64,000 nt of DNA. Origin: Candidatus Heimdallarchaeota archaeon. Lineage in GTDB: Archaea; Asgardarchaeota; Heimdallarchaeia; Heimdallarchaeales; Heimdallarchaeaceae. Location: assembly GCA_030668825.1 (NCBI GenBank), contig DAOVET010000005.1, forward strand, positions 1,736-65,735. Reading direction: 5' to 3'. Under the pieces are notes generated by a model. It saw only the letters and a list, made by a program, of their open reading frames with translations. It did no database searches and was not told where the DNA came from. Every line of letters starts with the position of its first letter. Position 1 is the first letter of the stretch. A program made the position numbers and the translations under genes. This document shows positions 16,834-26,357 of the stretch, one piece after another.

Positions 16834-17718
16834 ATGCATGATGTTAGGGTAAAAGAGGTAAAGGATTCTCCTATTCGAGATAAAGTGGTAGTTATTACAG
16901 GAGCTTCTTCTGGAATAGGAAGAGCAGTATCACTTGCTTTGGCAGAATATAAACCAAAACTAGTGATTGTTGCAAGAAGAAAGAAAAAATTAATGCAGAC
17001 CGCAAAGGATCTGAGAAGACTAGGTCTGAAAGTATTACCAATAATAGCTGATGTTAGAGACAGTGATGATAGAAATAGAATTATAGATTTTTCAATAACG
17101 GCTTTTGGTTCGATTGATGTTTTCATTAATAATGCGGGATTAGGAAAAGTAAATCTGTTTCTAGAACAACCTGAGGAGGAGATTAATGAACTAATAGATA
17201 CAAATATTGTTTCTTTAATCAAACTAACTCAAAAAGCTGCAAAAGTGATGAAAGAACAAGGTCATGGGCACATTATCAATTTATCTTCTACTTTGGTAAT
17301 GCTTCCAACATATCCATTCGCTGTTTACTCTGCCACCAAATCAGCTGTAAAAACATTTGATGATTGTATAAGAGAAGAAATGTTAGGACATGGAATATTG
17401 GTTTCAACTGTTTTACCAGGACCTTATAATACTGAATTTAACCAAGTGGCGAATATTGGAAAAGCATCGTTCAAAGGATATAATGTTGCAAAATTGGCTC
17501 AAGAAATTGTTAAGCTTATACTAAAACCAAAAGAAAACCTCATACAACCAAAGATGTTTAGACCGTTAATCTGGATAACAAAACGTTCTAAGAAATTCAA
17601 AAAGAAAGTTGTTTCAGGTATTGCATCACAGATAATTGCTGGGAAACATGTGACAGATAGAGAACTTACATCAGAAAAAGAAGTTGTTGAAGCAGAATTA
17701 CAGATTGTTACTTCATGA
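16834..17718 (+). CDS. Short-chain dehydrogenase/reductase (SDR)
   Basis: VVVITGASSGIGRAV (TGxxxGIG), NNAG, and YSATK (YxxxK catalytic). Confidence 0.85.
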   Translation: MHDVRVKEVKDSPIRDKVVVITGASSGIGRAVSLALAEYKPKLVIVARRKKKLMQTAKDLRRLGLKVLPIIADVRDSDDRNRIIDFSITAFGSIDVFINNAGLGKVNLFLEQPEEEINELIDTNIVSLIKLTQKAAKVMKEQGHGHIINLSSTLVMLPTYPFAVYSATKSAVKTFDDCIREEMLGHGILVSTVLPGPYNTEFNQVANIGKASFKGYNVAKLAQEIVKLILKPKENLIQPKMFRPLIWITKRSKKFKKKVVSGIASQIIAGKHVTDRELTSEKEVVEAELQIVTS

Positions 17719-17791
17719 CATAGATTGCTTTGAAAGATTCATTTTTTTTCTATATTTTGTTGAGTTTAAATATTGACCTTGAGTACTACTT

Positions 17792-17974
17792 TTGACTAAA
17801 ATGTTACTCTTTCGAATGTTGAAAAGTTTAAGATTGAAGAACAAAAAAGGTGGCCCTATCTTAGAGGAGATCTTGCTAATTGGCATAGCTATACTCATTT
17901 TTGCAATTATTTTTGGTATTATAATGAGTTTAATAGACTGGTCCCAAGTTTCTTTTGAAAACCTCTTTGGATGA
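17792..17974 (+). CDS. Small Flp/class-III-signal-peptide-like pilin candidate
   Basis: 60 aa. Basic N-terminus ...KNKKG|GPILEEILLIGIAILIFAIIFGII has Glu at +5 after a putative KG|G cleavage site, followed by a hydrophobic helix. It resembles Flp/Tad pilins (G|xxxIEYGLI). Confidence 0.35.
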   Translation: MTKMLLFRMLKSLRLKNKKGGPILEEILLIGIAILIFAIIFGIIMSLIDWSQVSFENLFG

Positions 17975-18197
17975 TTTATATATCACTTTTTTTTGGGTTT
18001 TTAAACAATTGTCATATTATTTATTTGAGGCTAGCAAGACCACGTTAACATAATTCTCATAAAGGCACTTTTTGCTAGCTTCCTCCATCTCAACCTATAT
18101 TCTGTTTTGAAAAGTTAACAGTCTAAAAACAATGTAGGAGTTGTAAATTATGGTTTACAAAAAAGGTTTTAAAAAAATACAAAAAAAGGGAGGAATT

Positions 18198-19136
18198 TTA
18201 ACTCCCGATTAAAGCGTTTAGAACAGCCATAACAGTATGTAATCTGTTTTCAGCTTCGTCAAATACTACACTATTTCCACTTTCAAATACTTCTTCTGTT
18301 GCTTCTTTATGTTTGTAGGGTAAACAGTGCATAAAGAGATAATCAGGTTTAGCGTTAGCACAAAGTTCCTCTGTGACAACATAGTTCTCAAAAGCCTTGA
18401 GCTTAGCTGCTGCTTCCTTTTCTTCTCCCATAGAGATGAATGTATCAGTTACAACAACATCTGCATTTGTTACTGCTGCAACAGCATCATTGGTTATTAT
18501 GATTTTGGCACCAGTTTCATCTGAATAATGTTTAGCATTTTCTACAATATCAATAGATGGTTCGAAGCCTTTTGGTGTAGCTACTGACATGTCTAAACCC
18601 ATTTTTGCACATCCAATTAACAATGAATTACAAACATTATTTCCATCACCAACCCATGCAAGTTTTAAACCTGCCAACCTGCCCTTGTGTTCTTCAATAG
18701 TAAGAAGATCAGCAAGAATCTGGAGAGGATGGTATTTATCCGAGAGTGCATTGATAACTGGAACAGTAGAATGTTTAGCTAACTCTGCAACATCTTCATG
18801 TGCGTAAACTCGTGCAAGTATACCGTCAACCATTCTTGCAAGAACACGTGATGTATCCTTAATAGATTCACCGGCACCAAGCTGGATATCTGCTGAACTC
18901 AAGAAAATTGCATGACCTCCTAGGAAATACATTGCAACCTCTGTTGAAACTCTAGTACGAGTGGAACGTTTTTGGAAAATCATACCTAGAGTAAAACCAG
19001 CAAGTGGTTTAGTTCTGTTATAGGCCTTAAAATCAGCTTTCAAACGTTTAGATTCATCTAGAAGAAAACGGATTTCATCTGCAGTGAAATCCTCTAATGA
19101 TAGAAGTGATCTACCTTTCAAATCCATTTTGCTCAC
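18198..19136 (-). CDS. argF: Ornithine carbamoyltransferase
   Basis: 312 aa. STRTRVS (carbamoyl-phosphate binding), HCLP, and the overall OTC/ATC pattern with ornithine-type C-terminal half. Confidence 0.85.
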   Translation of the reverse strand: MSKMDLKGRSLLSLEDFTADEIRFLLDESKRLKADFKAYNRTKPLAGFTLGMIFQKRSTRTRVSTEVAMYFLGGHAIFLSSADIQLGAGESIKDTSRVLARMVDGILARVYAHEDVAELAKHSTVPVINALSDKYHPLQILADLLTIEEHKGRLAGLKLAWVGDGNNVCNSLLIGCAKMGLDMSVATPKGFEPSIDIVENAKHYSDETGAKIIITNDAVAAVTNADVVVTDTFISMGEEKEAAAKLKAFENYVVTEELCANAKPDYLFMHCLPYKHKEATEEVFESGNSVVFDEAENRLHTVMAVLNALIGS

Positions 19137-19246
19137 TTGGTCAAAAGTGGAAAGAAGATTTAAAAAATGTTCGATGTGACTTGCTAGCTCTTTTACAAAC
19201 TCTTGTCATTACGTAGAATTTTTATGTCTCCTCTAATCAAGTAAGA

Positions 19247-19630
19247 TTGAGACAAATGGTAAATTATAGACGATTTTGGATATCCACACTTACTGGTGCT
19301 TTATTAGGAGTAGCTTGTATACTTGGTGTGGGACAGCGTATAACTGGAACCTATGCAGAAAATATAATCTATCTTATGGGTATCTGGGCAATGAGAGTAG
19401 TTTTAGGAATGCTTATTGGATTAGCTGATGGAATAATAATTATCAAAGGAGAACAATGGCAAAAATGGTTAAATGCTGGTATTAGAGGAACAATTTTAGG
19501 TTTAATTACTTCTGCAGCTGTTCTGCTAATAGATCCTTTTCTCGGCTTTACAACCTTTGCAGCAGGTATAGCTTATGGTCCTATAACTGATTTAATTGCA
19601 ACTTGGCTTGGAAAGAAAAAGGAAAAATAA
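19247..19630 (+). CDS. Small integral membrane protein (hypothetical)
   Basis: 127 aa, 3-4 predicted TM helices, no motifs. Confidence 0.4.
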   Translation: MRQMVNYRRFWISTLTGALLGVACILGVGQRITGTYAENIIYLMGIWAMRVVLGMLIGLADGIIIIKGEQWQKWLNAGIRGTILGLITSAAVLLIDPFLGFTTFAAGIAYGPITDLIATWLGKKKEK

Positions 19631-19633
19631 AAA

Positions 19634-20698
19634 TCACATTGGTGTCCCTTTCCACCAATGTTTCTTTTTAAGAAATTTAGCGAGATATACTAAACCAATC
19701 ATGATTGGTATCTCCCAAAATAACCCCATTGTAGTGCCTAGAGCTGCTACTGAACCAACTCCATACATGGCAATAGCTGTAGCAATAGCAATTTCAAAAT
19801 GACTTGATGATCCAATAATTACCGTAATCACACCTTCTCTATATGCTAATTTTGTGAATCGAGTGATAAGTAGATTATAACCAACTACTATAATGAAGCC
19901 TAATAATAATGGTACCGATACTAGTAATAATAAATTGAAATTACTTATCATTACATTTCCATTTAATGAAAACAGAACAACTAGAGTTGTCAGCAAAGCT
20001 AGTATTGATATTTTACCAACAATTGGGATGTATTTACTCTTAAACCATTCTTCTCCTTTTGCTTTTATGATTAGTGCTCTACTGATTACACCTAAAATAA
20101 GTGGAATTCCAATAAAAACTGCTACTGATATAATGAGCGATATGACATCTATGGATATATTTGAAATTCCAGACAGTAATGCAACCATAGGAGCATATCC
20201 GATTATTATTGTTATTGTATTAAGACTTGTAGTAATCACATTTTGTTCTTGATTTCCATCAGCTAAATAACCCCAAACCAAAACCATGGCTGTGCAAGGA
20301 CTAGAGGACAAAAGAATTATTGCAAACATTAATTGTTCATTTCCAGGAAGGAATAATCTAGCAAACCCCCACCCTACAAAAGGTGCAATTATCCAATTTG
20401 ATACTAAAGTTAGGATAATTGGTTTAGGATTCTTTGCTAGCTTCTTTAATTCTAAAGCTTTAAGATTCAGCATTGCAGGATACATCATAAAAAAGAGACA
20501 TATCCCTATTGGTATTGATATTCCCCTAACTTGCCAACTATCAATGGTTTCTGCAATACTTGGTGCATATAGTGAAAGTAGAATACCTGTTGCCATGCAA
20601 ATTACAATCCAAATTGGCAATAATTTTTCAAATAAACCTAGTCCTTCATATTTTTTATTATCTTCCTCAATTTGACTAGTTTCAACGCTGTTACTCAA
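19634..20698 (-). CDS. acr3: Arsenite efflux transporter, ACR3 family
   Basis: 354 aa, 10 TM. MMYPAMLNLKALELKKLAKNPKPIILTLVSNWIIAPF and SSPCTAMV match the ACR3 (BART superfamily) signature regions. Confidence 0.8.
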   Translation of the reverse strand: MSNSVETSQIEEDNKKYEGLGLFEKLLPIWIVICMATGILLSLYAPSIAETIDSWQVRGISIPIGICLFFMMYPAMLNLKALELKKLAKNPKPIILTLVSNWIIAPFVGWGFARLFLPGNEQLMFAIILLSSSPCTAMVLVWGYLADGNQEQNVITTSLNTITIIIGYAPMVALLSGISNISIDVISLIISVAVFIGIPLILGVISRALIIKAKGEEWFKSKYIPIVGKISILALLTTLVVLFSLNGNVMISNFNLLLLVSVPLLLGFIIVVGYNLLITRFTKLAYREGVITVIIGSSSHFEIAIATAIAMYGVGSVAALGTTMGLFWEIPIMIGLVYLAKFLKKKHWWKGTPM

Positions 20699-20808
20699 AT
20701 CTTTTCACATGTCAGAAATTTTTTATACATCAAGAATAGTTGGTTCATATTAAAAACTATTGATGTGTAAATGTCCGATAAATAGTTTATTAATATAGTT
20801 GAAGTTAT

Positions 20809-21222
20809 GTGAAATGTATGGAATATAGTAAAAGGGAAACGGAATTAATCATAACACTAGCAAAATGTGAAGATATCGAAGATGCAAGTGCATATTATGA
20901 TAAAATAACAGAATACGGAAAGAAAATATTAAATGAATCATACCTTGCTAACTTATCAAAGTTATTGGAAGCTTTTTCTCATGTTGATAGGATTTTAATT
21001 GTTAGAATCTTAATGAAAAAAGATCGGTGTGTATGTGAATTAGAGGCCATATTAGGAAAAAGTCAATCTAATATATCCTATCACCTTAAAATCCTTGAAA
21101 ATCTAAATTTGGTTAAAGGTTGGAAGAAGGGTAAATTTACACATTATTCTATTGTTCAAAAATCCTTAGAATACTTCAAAGATTTATTCAATAATTGGAT
21201 TAATGATGAAATTTTCAACTAA
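20809..21222 (+). CDS. arsR: ArsR/SmtB-family metalloregulator
   Basis: 137 aa. ILIVRILMKKDRCVCELEAILGKSQSNISYHLKIL has the ArsR HTH with the ELCVCDL-type metal-binding Cys pair (CVCEL). Divergently arranged with acr3. Confidence 0.8.
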   Translation: MKCMEYSKRETELIITLAKCEDIEDASAYYDKITEYGKKILNESYLANLSKLLEAFSHVDRILIVRILMKKDRCVCELEAILGKSQSNISYHLKILENLNLVKGWKKGKFTHYSIVQKSLEYFKDLFNNWINDEIFN

Positions 21223-21328
21223 ATCCAAATCTATTTTAGGCTTTTCTATTAAGGGAAGTATTTATTCATTCGCTATTTAAAATATTACAAAATAAAGGAG
21301 AAAAAAAGAAAGAGAAGCGATTTCATGT

Positions 21329-22534
21329 TTAAAAGAAGGTGGGTTCTCCTTCAAACACTCTTTTTGGAGGTTCCATCTTCATGGTTTCTTCAGGAGATAG
21401 AATCTCAATAAGTTCATACTTAGATGTTCCCAAACCCATTTTCTCAGCAAATTGTACTGTTTCGTAAGGATCTTTGTATGGACCATGAACGCGAGTGAAG
21501 GGATGAAAGTCTTCATTAGGATCAAGGTTGACGTGTTTGAAGTAAGGAGGAATGTTTTTCTCAATGATTTCTTCTTTCTTAATCAAGTCAAGAGTTGCAG
21601 TTTCTATCGCTACAATATCTTTGCTGCCAACAACACCAATGTCATTTATGAATGGTGACTGACCTAGGCCCATGCAGTCACAGTAGATTGTGATTTGGGT
21701 CAAGAAATTGATGTACATAACTTTAGCAGGATCAAAGGTTTTCAGTACTTCTTTTGTTGCTATAGCCATCATCTCATTGAAGGCAGTGTAACTTTCACGA
21801 GGAAGTTTAACAGCCCCAAGACCTCCATCAACCTGCAAGCAAGTCATACATTGATGACAATCATGGTATTCTCTTTTGAGGTCATCTTTTTCTTCATCAT
21901 AACTAAGAGCACCATAAGGACAAGATTCAACAAGCTTCTTAGCTAGTTCAGGATTACCTTTTGTTTTGTCCCAATACTCATCTAGATCAGACGCGCCATG
22001 GATTTTTCTCCAACGGGTTGGACCAGAATAACCTCCAAGAGCTAGATTCTTTATTGCTCCACCATATCCACAAGCACCATGACCTTTAGCATGAGATAAA
22101 TCAACTAAAACATCTGCATCCTTCAAAGCTCCTGCAAGTTCCAGTTTATCTATTCCTCTATAGTTAACATCTACTGATGTAGTATAGCCGTCTTTTACAC
22201 CTGCAATCGGGATAATAGGACATCCACATGTTTCTTGAGTATAACCACGATTAACAGCGTTATAAACAGAAGTGGGATTATCTGTAACAAAGGGATATCC
22301 TCCTCGTTTTTTGACTGCTTCCACTATTCTACGAACAAAGAAAACAGGAATAGTTTGATAACCATCATTGAAACCAAGGTGCATTTTAACAGCAACTTTA
22401 TCCTTCTTTTCAATGGGTGTTTCTTCAAGTAAAAGATCTGTTATTTTGTCTACCTTTGCTGCAAAAGAAGCAAAAGCAGAATTTCTTCCATGTTGAACAG
22501 AACCAAAATAGACTTTAGATTTTTCTGAACTCAT
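21329..22534 (-). CDS. DUF362-family Fe-S protein (COG2006-like)
   Basis: 401 aa. KVYFGS N-terminus and CxxC...C cysteine clusters (CGC, CHQCMTC, CDC) typical of DUF362 proteins. Confidence 0.6.
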   Translation of the reverse strand: MSSEKSKVYFGSVQHGRNSAFASFAAKVDKITDLLLEETPIEKKDKVAVKMHLGFNDGYQTIPVFFVRRIVEAVKKRGGYPFVTDNPTSVYNAVNRGYTQETCGCPIIPIAGVKDGYTTSVDVNYRGIDKLELAGALKDADVLVDLSHAKGHGACGYGGAIKNLALGGYSGPTRWRKIHGASDLDEYWDKTKGNPELAKKLVESCPYGALSYDEEKDDLKREYHDCHQCMTCLQVDGGLGAVKLPRESYTAFNEMMAIATKEVLKTFDPAKVMYINFLTQITIYCDCMGLGQSPFINDIGVVGSKDIVAIETATLDLIKKEEIIEKNIPPYFKHVNLDPNEDFHPFTRVHGPYKDPYETVQFAEKMGLGTSKYELIEILSPEETMKMEPPKRVFEGEPTFF

Positions 22535-22631
22535 GAAGCTCGTAAACTTTGATAAATTAATAAATAATTCGCATAAATTTTTGTTTCAACGAATTATTAA
22601 TATTGAGAAAATCATCAACTAATGTGATACT

Positions 22632-23501
22632 ATGTCAGAAGATTCTTGGATAAAGGGAAAAACCTGTATGATAACAGGAGCTAATACAGGGATAGGGAAA
22701 GAAACTACAAGACAATTAGCTGCTTTAGGGAGTCGTGTAATAATGGTTTGTCGCAACCAAGAAAAAGGAGCATATGCTAAAGCAGAAATAATTCAGACAA
22801 CAGACAATGAGAACATTGAGCTTTTAATCTGTGATTTGGCATCATTGAAAGATGTAAAACGTTTTACAGATGAGTTTCTACAAACTCACGCTAATTTGCA
22901 CGTTTTGATAAACAATGCTGGAGTGTTTCATATGAAGAGAACAACTACATGTGATGGATATGAGAGCACGTTTGCTGTAAACTATTTAGCTCATTATTAT
23001 CTTACAGAATTATTACTTCCTCTCCTGAAGCGAAGTTCCCCGTCCAGAATTATTAATCTCTCCTCTAACATACATAGATCCTTCAAAATTAAAATGAAAG
23101 ATCCACTTTTAGAAAAAGGATACATGGGGCAACAAGCTTACAGCAATTCCAAAACTGCAATGGTTCTGTTTACCAACAAACTTGTTAGAGAACTGGAGGG
23201 AACTAAAGTGACAGTGAACTCCGTAAATCCAGGACATGTGGAAACACAGATGACTACTGTTGGACTTTCTAAATGGTTCAGAAAAATAGCCGACCTTATA
23301 CCAACCCGTACAATTGAACAGAGTGCAGAAACTTCAGTGTATGCTGCGTCCTCTAATGATCTAGAAGGAATAACAGGTAAATACTTTACTGATTGTGAAG
23401 AATCAAAAACAGCAAAGATGACTAAGAATATACACAATCAAGATTTCTTATGGGAGTTAAGCAAGAGATTAGTAACAGAAGCATTGGCTAAACAAGATTA
23501 A
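22632..23501 (+). CDS. Short-chain dehydrogenase/reductase (retinol-dehydrogenase-like SDR)
   Basis: TCMITGANTGIGKET, NNAG, and YSNSK (YxxxK). Confidence 0.85.
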   Translation: MSEDSWIKGKTCMITGANTGIGKETTRQLAALGSRVIMVCRNQEKGAYAKAEIIQTTDNENIELLICDLASLKDVKRFTDEFLQTHANLHVLINNAGVFHMKRTTTCDGYESTFAVNYLAHYYLTELLLPLLKRSSPSRIINLSSNIHRSFKIKMKDPLLEKGYMGQQAYSNSKTAMVLFTNKLVRELEGTKVTVNSVNPGHVETQMTTVGLSKWFRKIADLIPTRTIEQSAETSVYAASSNDLEGITGKYFTDCEESKTAKMTKNIHNQDFLWELSKRLVTEALAKQD

Positions 23502-23546
23502 TAAACATTCAAACGAATTTTATTAAAATCAAAACAGGTTATACGA

Positions 23547-24479
23547 ATGCCTAAGCCTTATAGTGTAATGATGGATGAAATAAACAGTCGACTTAAAGGG
23601 AAAGTAGGGGATGAGCGAGCAAAGGAAATTCGTCTATTACTGAAAGAAATTCAGTTTGATGTTGGAGACTATAGAAAAATCAAGGATAAGCTGCGACGAG
23701 AGTTAAAAGAAATAGAAACAATGGAACAAGCGAAAAAAGCTTCTCGAAAAAGTACTAAAACCAAAAAAGAAACACCGCAAATCCTTGTTATAGGTACAAC
23801 AAATAGTGGTAAAAGTACTCTTATCAACAATCTATGCGGCACTGAAATACCTGTAGGAGACTATGAATATACCACAACAGAACCACAATATGGTGCCTTA
23901 GAATACGAGGGAATAAAGTTCCAACTAGTAGAGCTTCCTGCAATAAGTGAAGGAGGTTGGATTTATGATAAATCGACTCTAGCATTAGTATATTCAACAG
24001 ATTGCTTATTAATTTTGGGTAAATCTTTTGAAGATTTTACTATAGTGTTATCTGAGTTAGAGGAGCAGAATATTGAATTAGTTGAGAAAAGGTTGAGTGA
24101 TGGTTTTGCTCAAACTAGTCCAAGAAGAATTCCAGCTTTTTTGGTAAAGAAGGAAAATCTCGGTTTCATATCTTATAACAGTCTGAAGAATGTGTTCGTA
24201 AATGATCTTGATGAAATAAAGAGAACCATGTTTGAAATTATCAAACCAGTAAGAATATTCACTATGAATTCCTTTAACGAAATAGAAGACCGACCTGTAG
24301 TATTTTACAACGATACTGTAATTGTTGAAGATGTTGTAAACAAAATAAGTAAAAGTAAAATTGACATATTCAAAGATGCCTTAATCCTTGAAGGTGGTCC
24401 AACTGGAAGAAGAAAAAGGGTTGGAATATCTTATGAACTACATGATAACGATGTTATCCATTTAACTTTCCACAAATAA
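23547..24479 (+). CDS. Drg/Obg-family GTPase with N-terminal coiled-coil and C-terminal TGS-like domain
   Basis: 310 aa. ILVIGTTNSGKSTLIN (G1), YEYTTTEPQYG (G2, Obg-type), QLVELPAISEG (G3), and the C-terminal RVGISYELHDNDVIHLTF (TGS-like). Confidence 0.7.
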   Translation: MPKPYSVMMDEINSRLKGKVGDERAKEIRLLLKEIQFDVGDYRKIKDKLRRELKEIETMEQAKKASRKSTKTKKETPQILVIGTTNSGKSTLINNLCGTEIPVGDYEYTTTEPQYGALEYEGIKFQLVELPAISEGGWIYDKSTLALVYSTDCLLILGKSFEDFTIVLSELEEQNIELVEKRLSDGFAQTSPRRIPAFLVKKENLGFISYNSLKNVFVNDLDEIKRTMFEIIKPVRIFTMNSFNEIEDRPVVFYNDTVIVEDVVNKISKSKIDIFKDALILEGGPTGRRKRVGISYELHDNDVIHLTFHK

Positions 24480-24499
24480 AAAATAAAGAAAAAGAAGTT

Positions 24500-25063
24500 T
24501 TAAGCAAGATTAGAACCACAGCTTTCACAGAACTTAGATCCTTCAGGAGGTTTATGACCACAGTAGGGGCAGAAACTTGATTCCCCTCCAGCAAAAATGA
24601 CATCAGCTTGTTTTTTAGGTAAGGGAGTAACAAATTCAGGAGCTTTGTCATATGAAACTGTTTCCCCAAATTGAATTTCTCCAGTAGCAGAGTCATAACT
24701 GTACTTTATGTGATTTCTAACACGTAAATCAACTAGAACTCGTAACACATGTTGAGGTTTTATTCCTGTTTCAGCAGCTAAGTTTTCTACTCTTATTGAA
24801 CCTGTTCGATTTTGAACAGATGCAAGAACATTATTTCTCATTCTTCGGTCAGTATCAACGTGACCAATAGCACCTATGAAAATGAAGAAAGCTGGAATGA
24901 ACATCCAGTAACCCCAACCGGAGATTCCCCAAAAATCATGAGCTGGATAAACATATCTAAGAACGAGAGAAACAATTCCAACAATTGTGAATGCTATAGC
25001 GACTCCAAAAGCGGAATAATCACCCTTATAATCTTTTTTTGAATAATATCTATCTTGAGCCAT
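24500..25063 (-). CDS. Membrane protein with wHTH-like segment and C-terminal zinc ribbon (hypothetical)
   Basis: 187 aa. Two TM helices; C-terminal CPYCGHK...CESCGS zinc ribbon. Confidence 0.45.
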   Translation of the reverse strand: MAQDRYYSKKDYKGDYSAFGVAIAFTIVGIVSLVLRYVYPAHDFWGISGWGYWMFIPAFFIFIGAIGHVDTDRRMRNNVLASVQNRTGSIRVENLAAETGIKPQHVLRVLVDLRVRNHIKYSYDSATGEIQFGETVSYDKAPEFVTPLPKKQADVIFAGGESSFCPYCGHKPPEGSKFCESCGSNLA

Positions 25064-25200
25064 CTTAAATCCTCAACACAAATAACGCGTGGTTATTATT
25101 ATATCTTACCTTTTGAAGTTTAAATTCAACAAACAATAGACAAAGAAACGGAACAAAAAACTTTTAATGGAAAGAAGAACAAAAAGGATAGAACAAGGAT

Positions 25201-25309
25201 GCCCAGATAGCTTAGCTGGGAGAGCGCTGGACTGAAGATCCAGTTGTCGCGTGTTCAAGAATTGTTTCAGATGCGTTCTGAAACGTTGAATATCACGCTC
25301 TGGGCTCCA
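25201..25309 (+). tRNA. tRNA-Phe (anticodon GAA) with a ~33-nt intron inside the T-loop
   Basis: GCCCAGA TAGCTTAGCTGGGAGAGCG CTGGA-CTGAAGA-TCCAG TTGTC GCGTG-TTCAA[gaattgtttcagatgcgttctgaaacgttgaat]AT-CACGC TCTGGGC T CCA. Confidence 0.8.
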
Positions 25310-25533
25310 ATTTTTCTTTCTTCAAATTACTCATTGCCTTTAACTAGTAATTCTTCCTTTTGGGTTTTTAAGCATAGAACTAGTATTTATTCTGAAGCTA
25401 GCTCATATATCTGCCTGGTGATTTTCACCTCCGCATTGCTTCCACCCCTACATTTCTCTTGCTAGCTTCACTCTCTTCTCCTTTACCAAAAAGATATAAC
25501 ATATGAAGATTTTTTTCTTCAAGTGACATCTAA

Positions 25534-26025
25534 ATGAGAGGCATGAGACGTAAAGAAAAAGCAATAGAAAGTATTGAAGAGATGAAATATATTCTCCAAA
25601 CAGTTAAACACATAACTATTGCTATGTGTGAAGACAATGTTCCCTATTTAGTAACCTTAAGTCATGGTTATGATCCTGAGCAACATCGTATTTACTTCCA
25701 TTGTGCCAGTGAGGGAAAGAAAATTGATATTCTTAAGAAAAACAACATTGTCTGGGTTCAAGCACTTATGGATGAAGGTTACGCTCAAGGTTCTTGTGAT
25801 CATCTTTATGCTACAACTCAATTCAAAGGAAAAGTTACATTCATTGAAGATTTTGAGGAGAAGAAAGCTGCTTTACAAGCCATGATAAGGAAACTAGATA
25901 ATAAACCAGAAGAAGTTGAAAAGGCACAATTAACTGAGAAATCTATTTCTAGAGTTGTTATAGGAAAAATCGATATTGAATACATGAGCGGAAAGAGAGC
26001 AAAAGATGTGGTAATAAGCCTCTAA
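25534..26025 (+). CDS. Pyridoxamine 5'-phosphate oxidase-like FMN-binding split-barrel protein
   Basis: 163 aa; pattern of the PNPOx-like/Pyridox_oxase_2 family (…PYLVTLSHGYDPE…RIYFHCASEG…). Confidence 0.55.
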   Translation: MRGMRRKEKAIESIEEMKYILQTVKHITIAMCEDNVPYLVTLSHGYDPEQHRIYFHCASEGKKIDILKKNNIVWVQALMDEGYAQGSCDHLYATTQFKGKVTFIEDFEEKKAALQAMIRKLDNKPEEVEKAQLTEKSISRVVIGKIDIEYMSGKRAKDVVISL

Positions 26026-26045
26026 TTTTTGCGTTATATTGATAA

Positions 26046-26312
26046 GTGTATGTTGTTGCATATCCACCTATGCCATTAATGGGAAAATGTGGACATTGTG
26101 GAAAATCTTTAGATTCTGGAAAGAAGACTTGTGGTGCAACTTGGGCAATATGTAATATATGTAAGATGCCATTACACCCCCATTGTAAAGGTGAACACAG
26201 ATTAGTTCATAATAGACAAGATTATTGGGCAAAAGAAGCAGTAAAAGGAGAAAAGCAAGAAACTCTTCTAACAAAGATTCTAGCTACAATTAAAAAAATA
26301 TTCTCTATTTAA
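26046..26312 (+). CDS. Small Cys/His-rich zinc-ribbon protein (hypothetical)
   Basis: 88 aa. CGHCGK...CNICKMPLHPHC. Confidence 0.3.
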   Translation: MYVVAYPPMPLMGKCGHCGKSLDSGKKTCGATWAICNICKMPLHPHCKGEHRLVHNRQDYWAKEAVKGEKQETLLTKILATIKKIFSI

Positions 26313-26357
26313 AAGAGAAAAAACAATTCTTTTAACTAACTTGTATTAACTTTCATT

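Noticed and set aside
16770-17222. 150-aa minus-strand ORF inside the short-chain dehydrogenase/reductase (SDR) gene
   Set aside because: It lies entirely within a well-supported SDR gene on the other strand and has an atypical composition.
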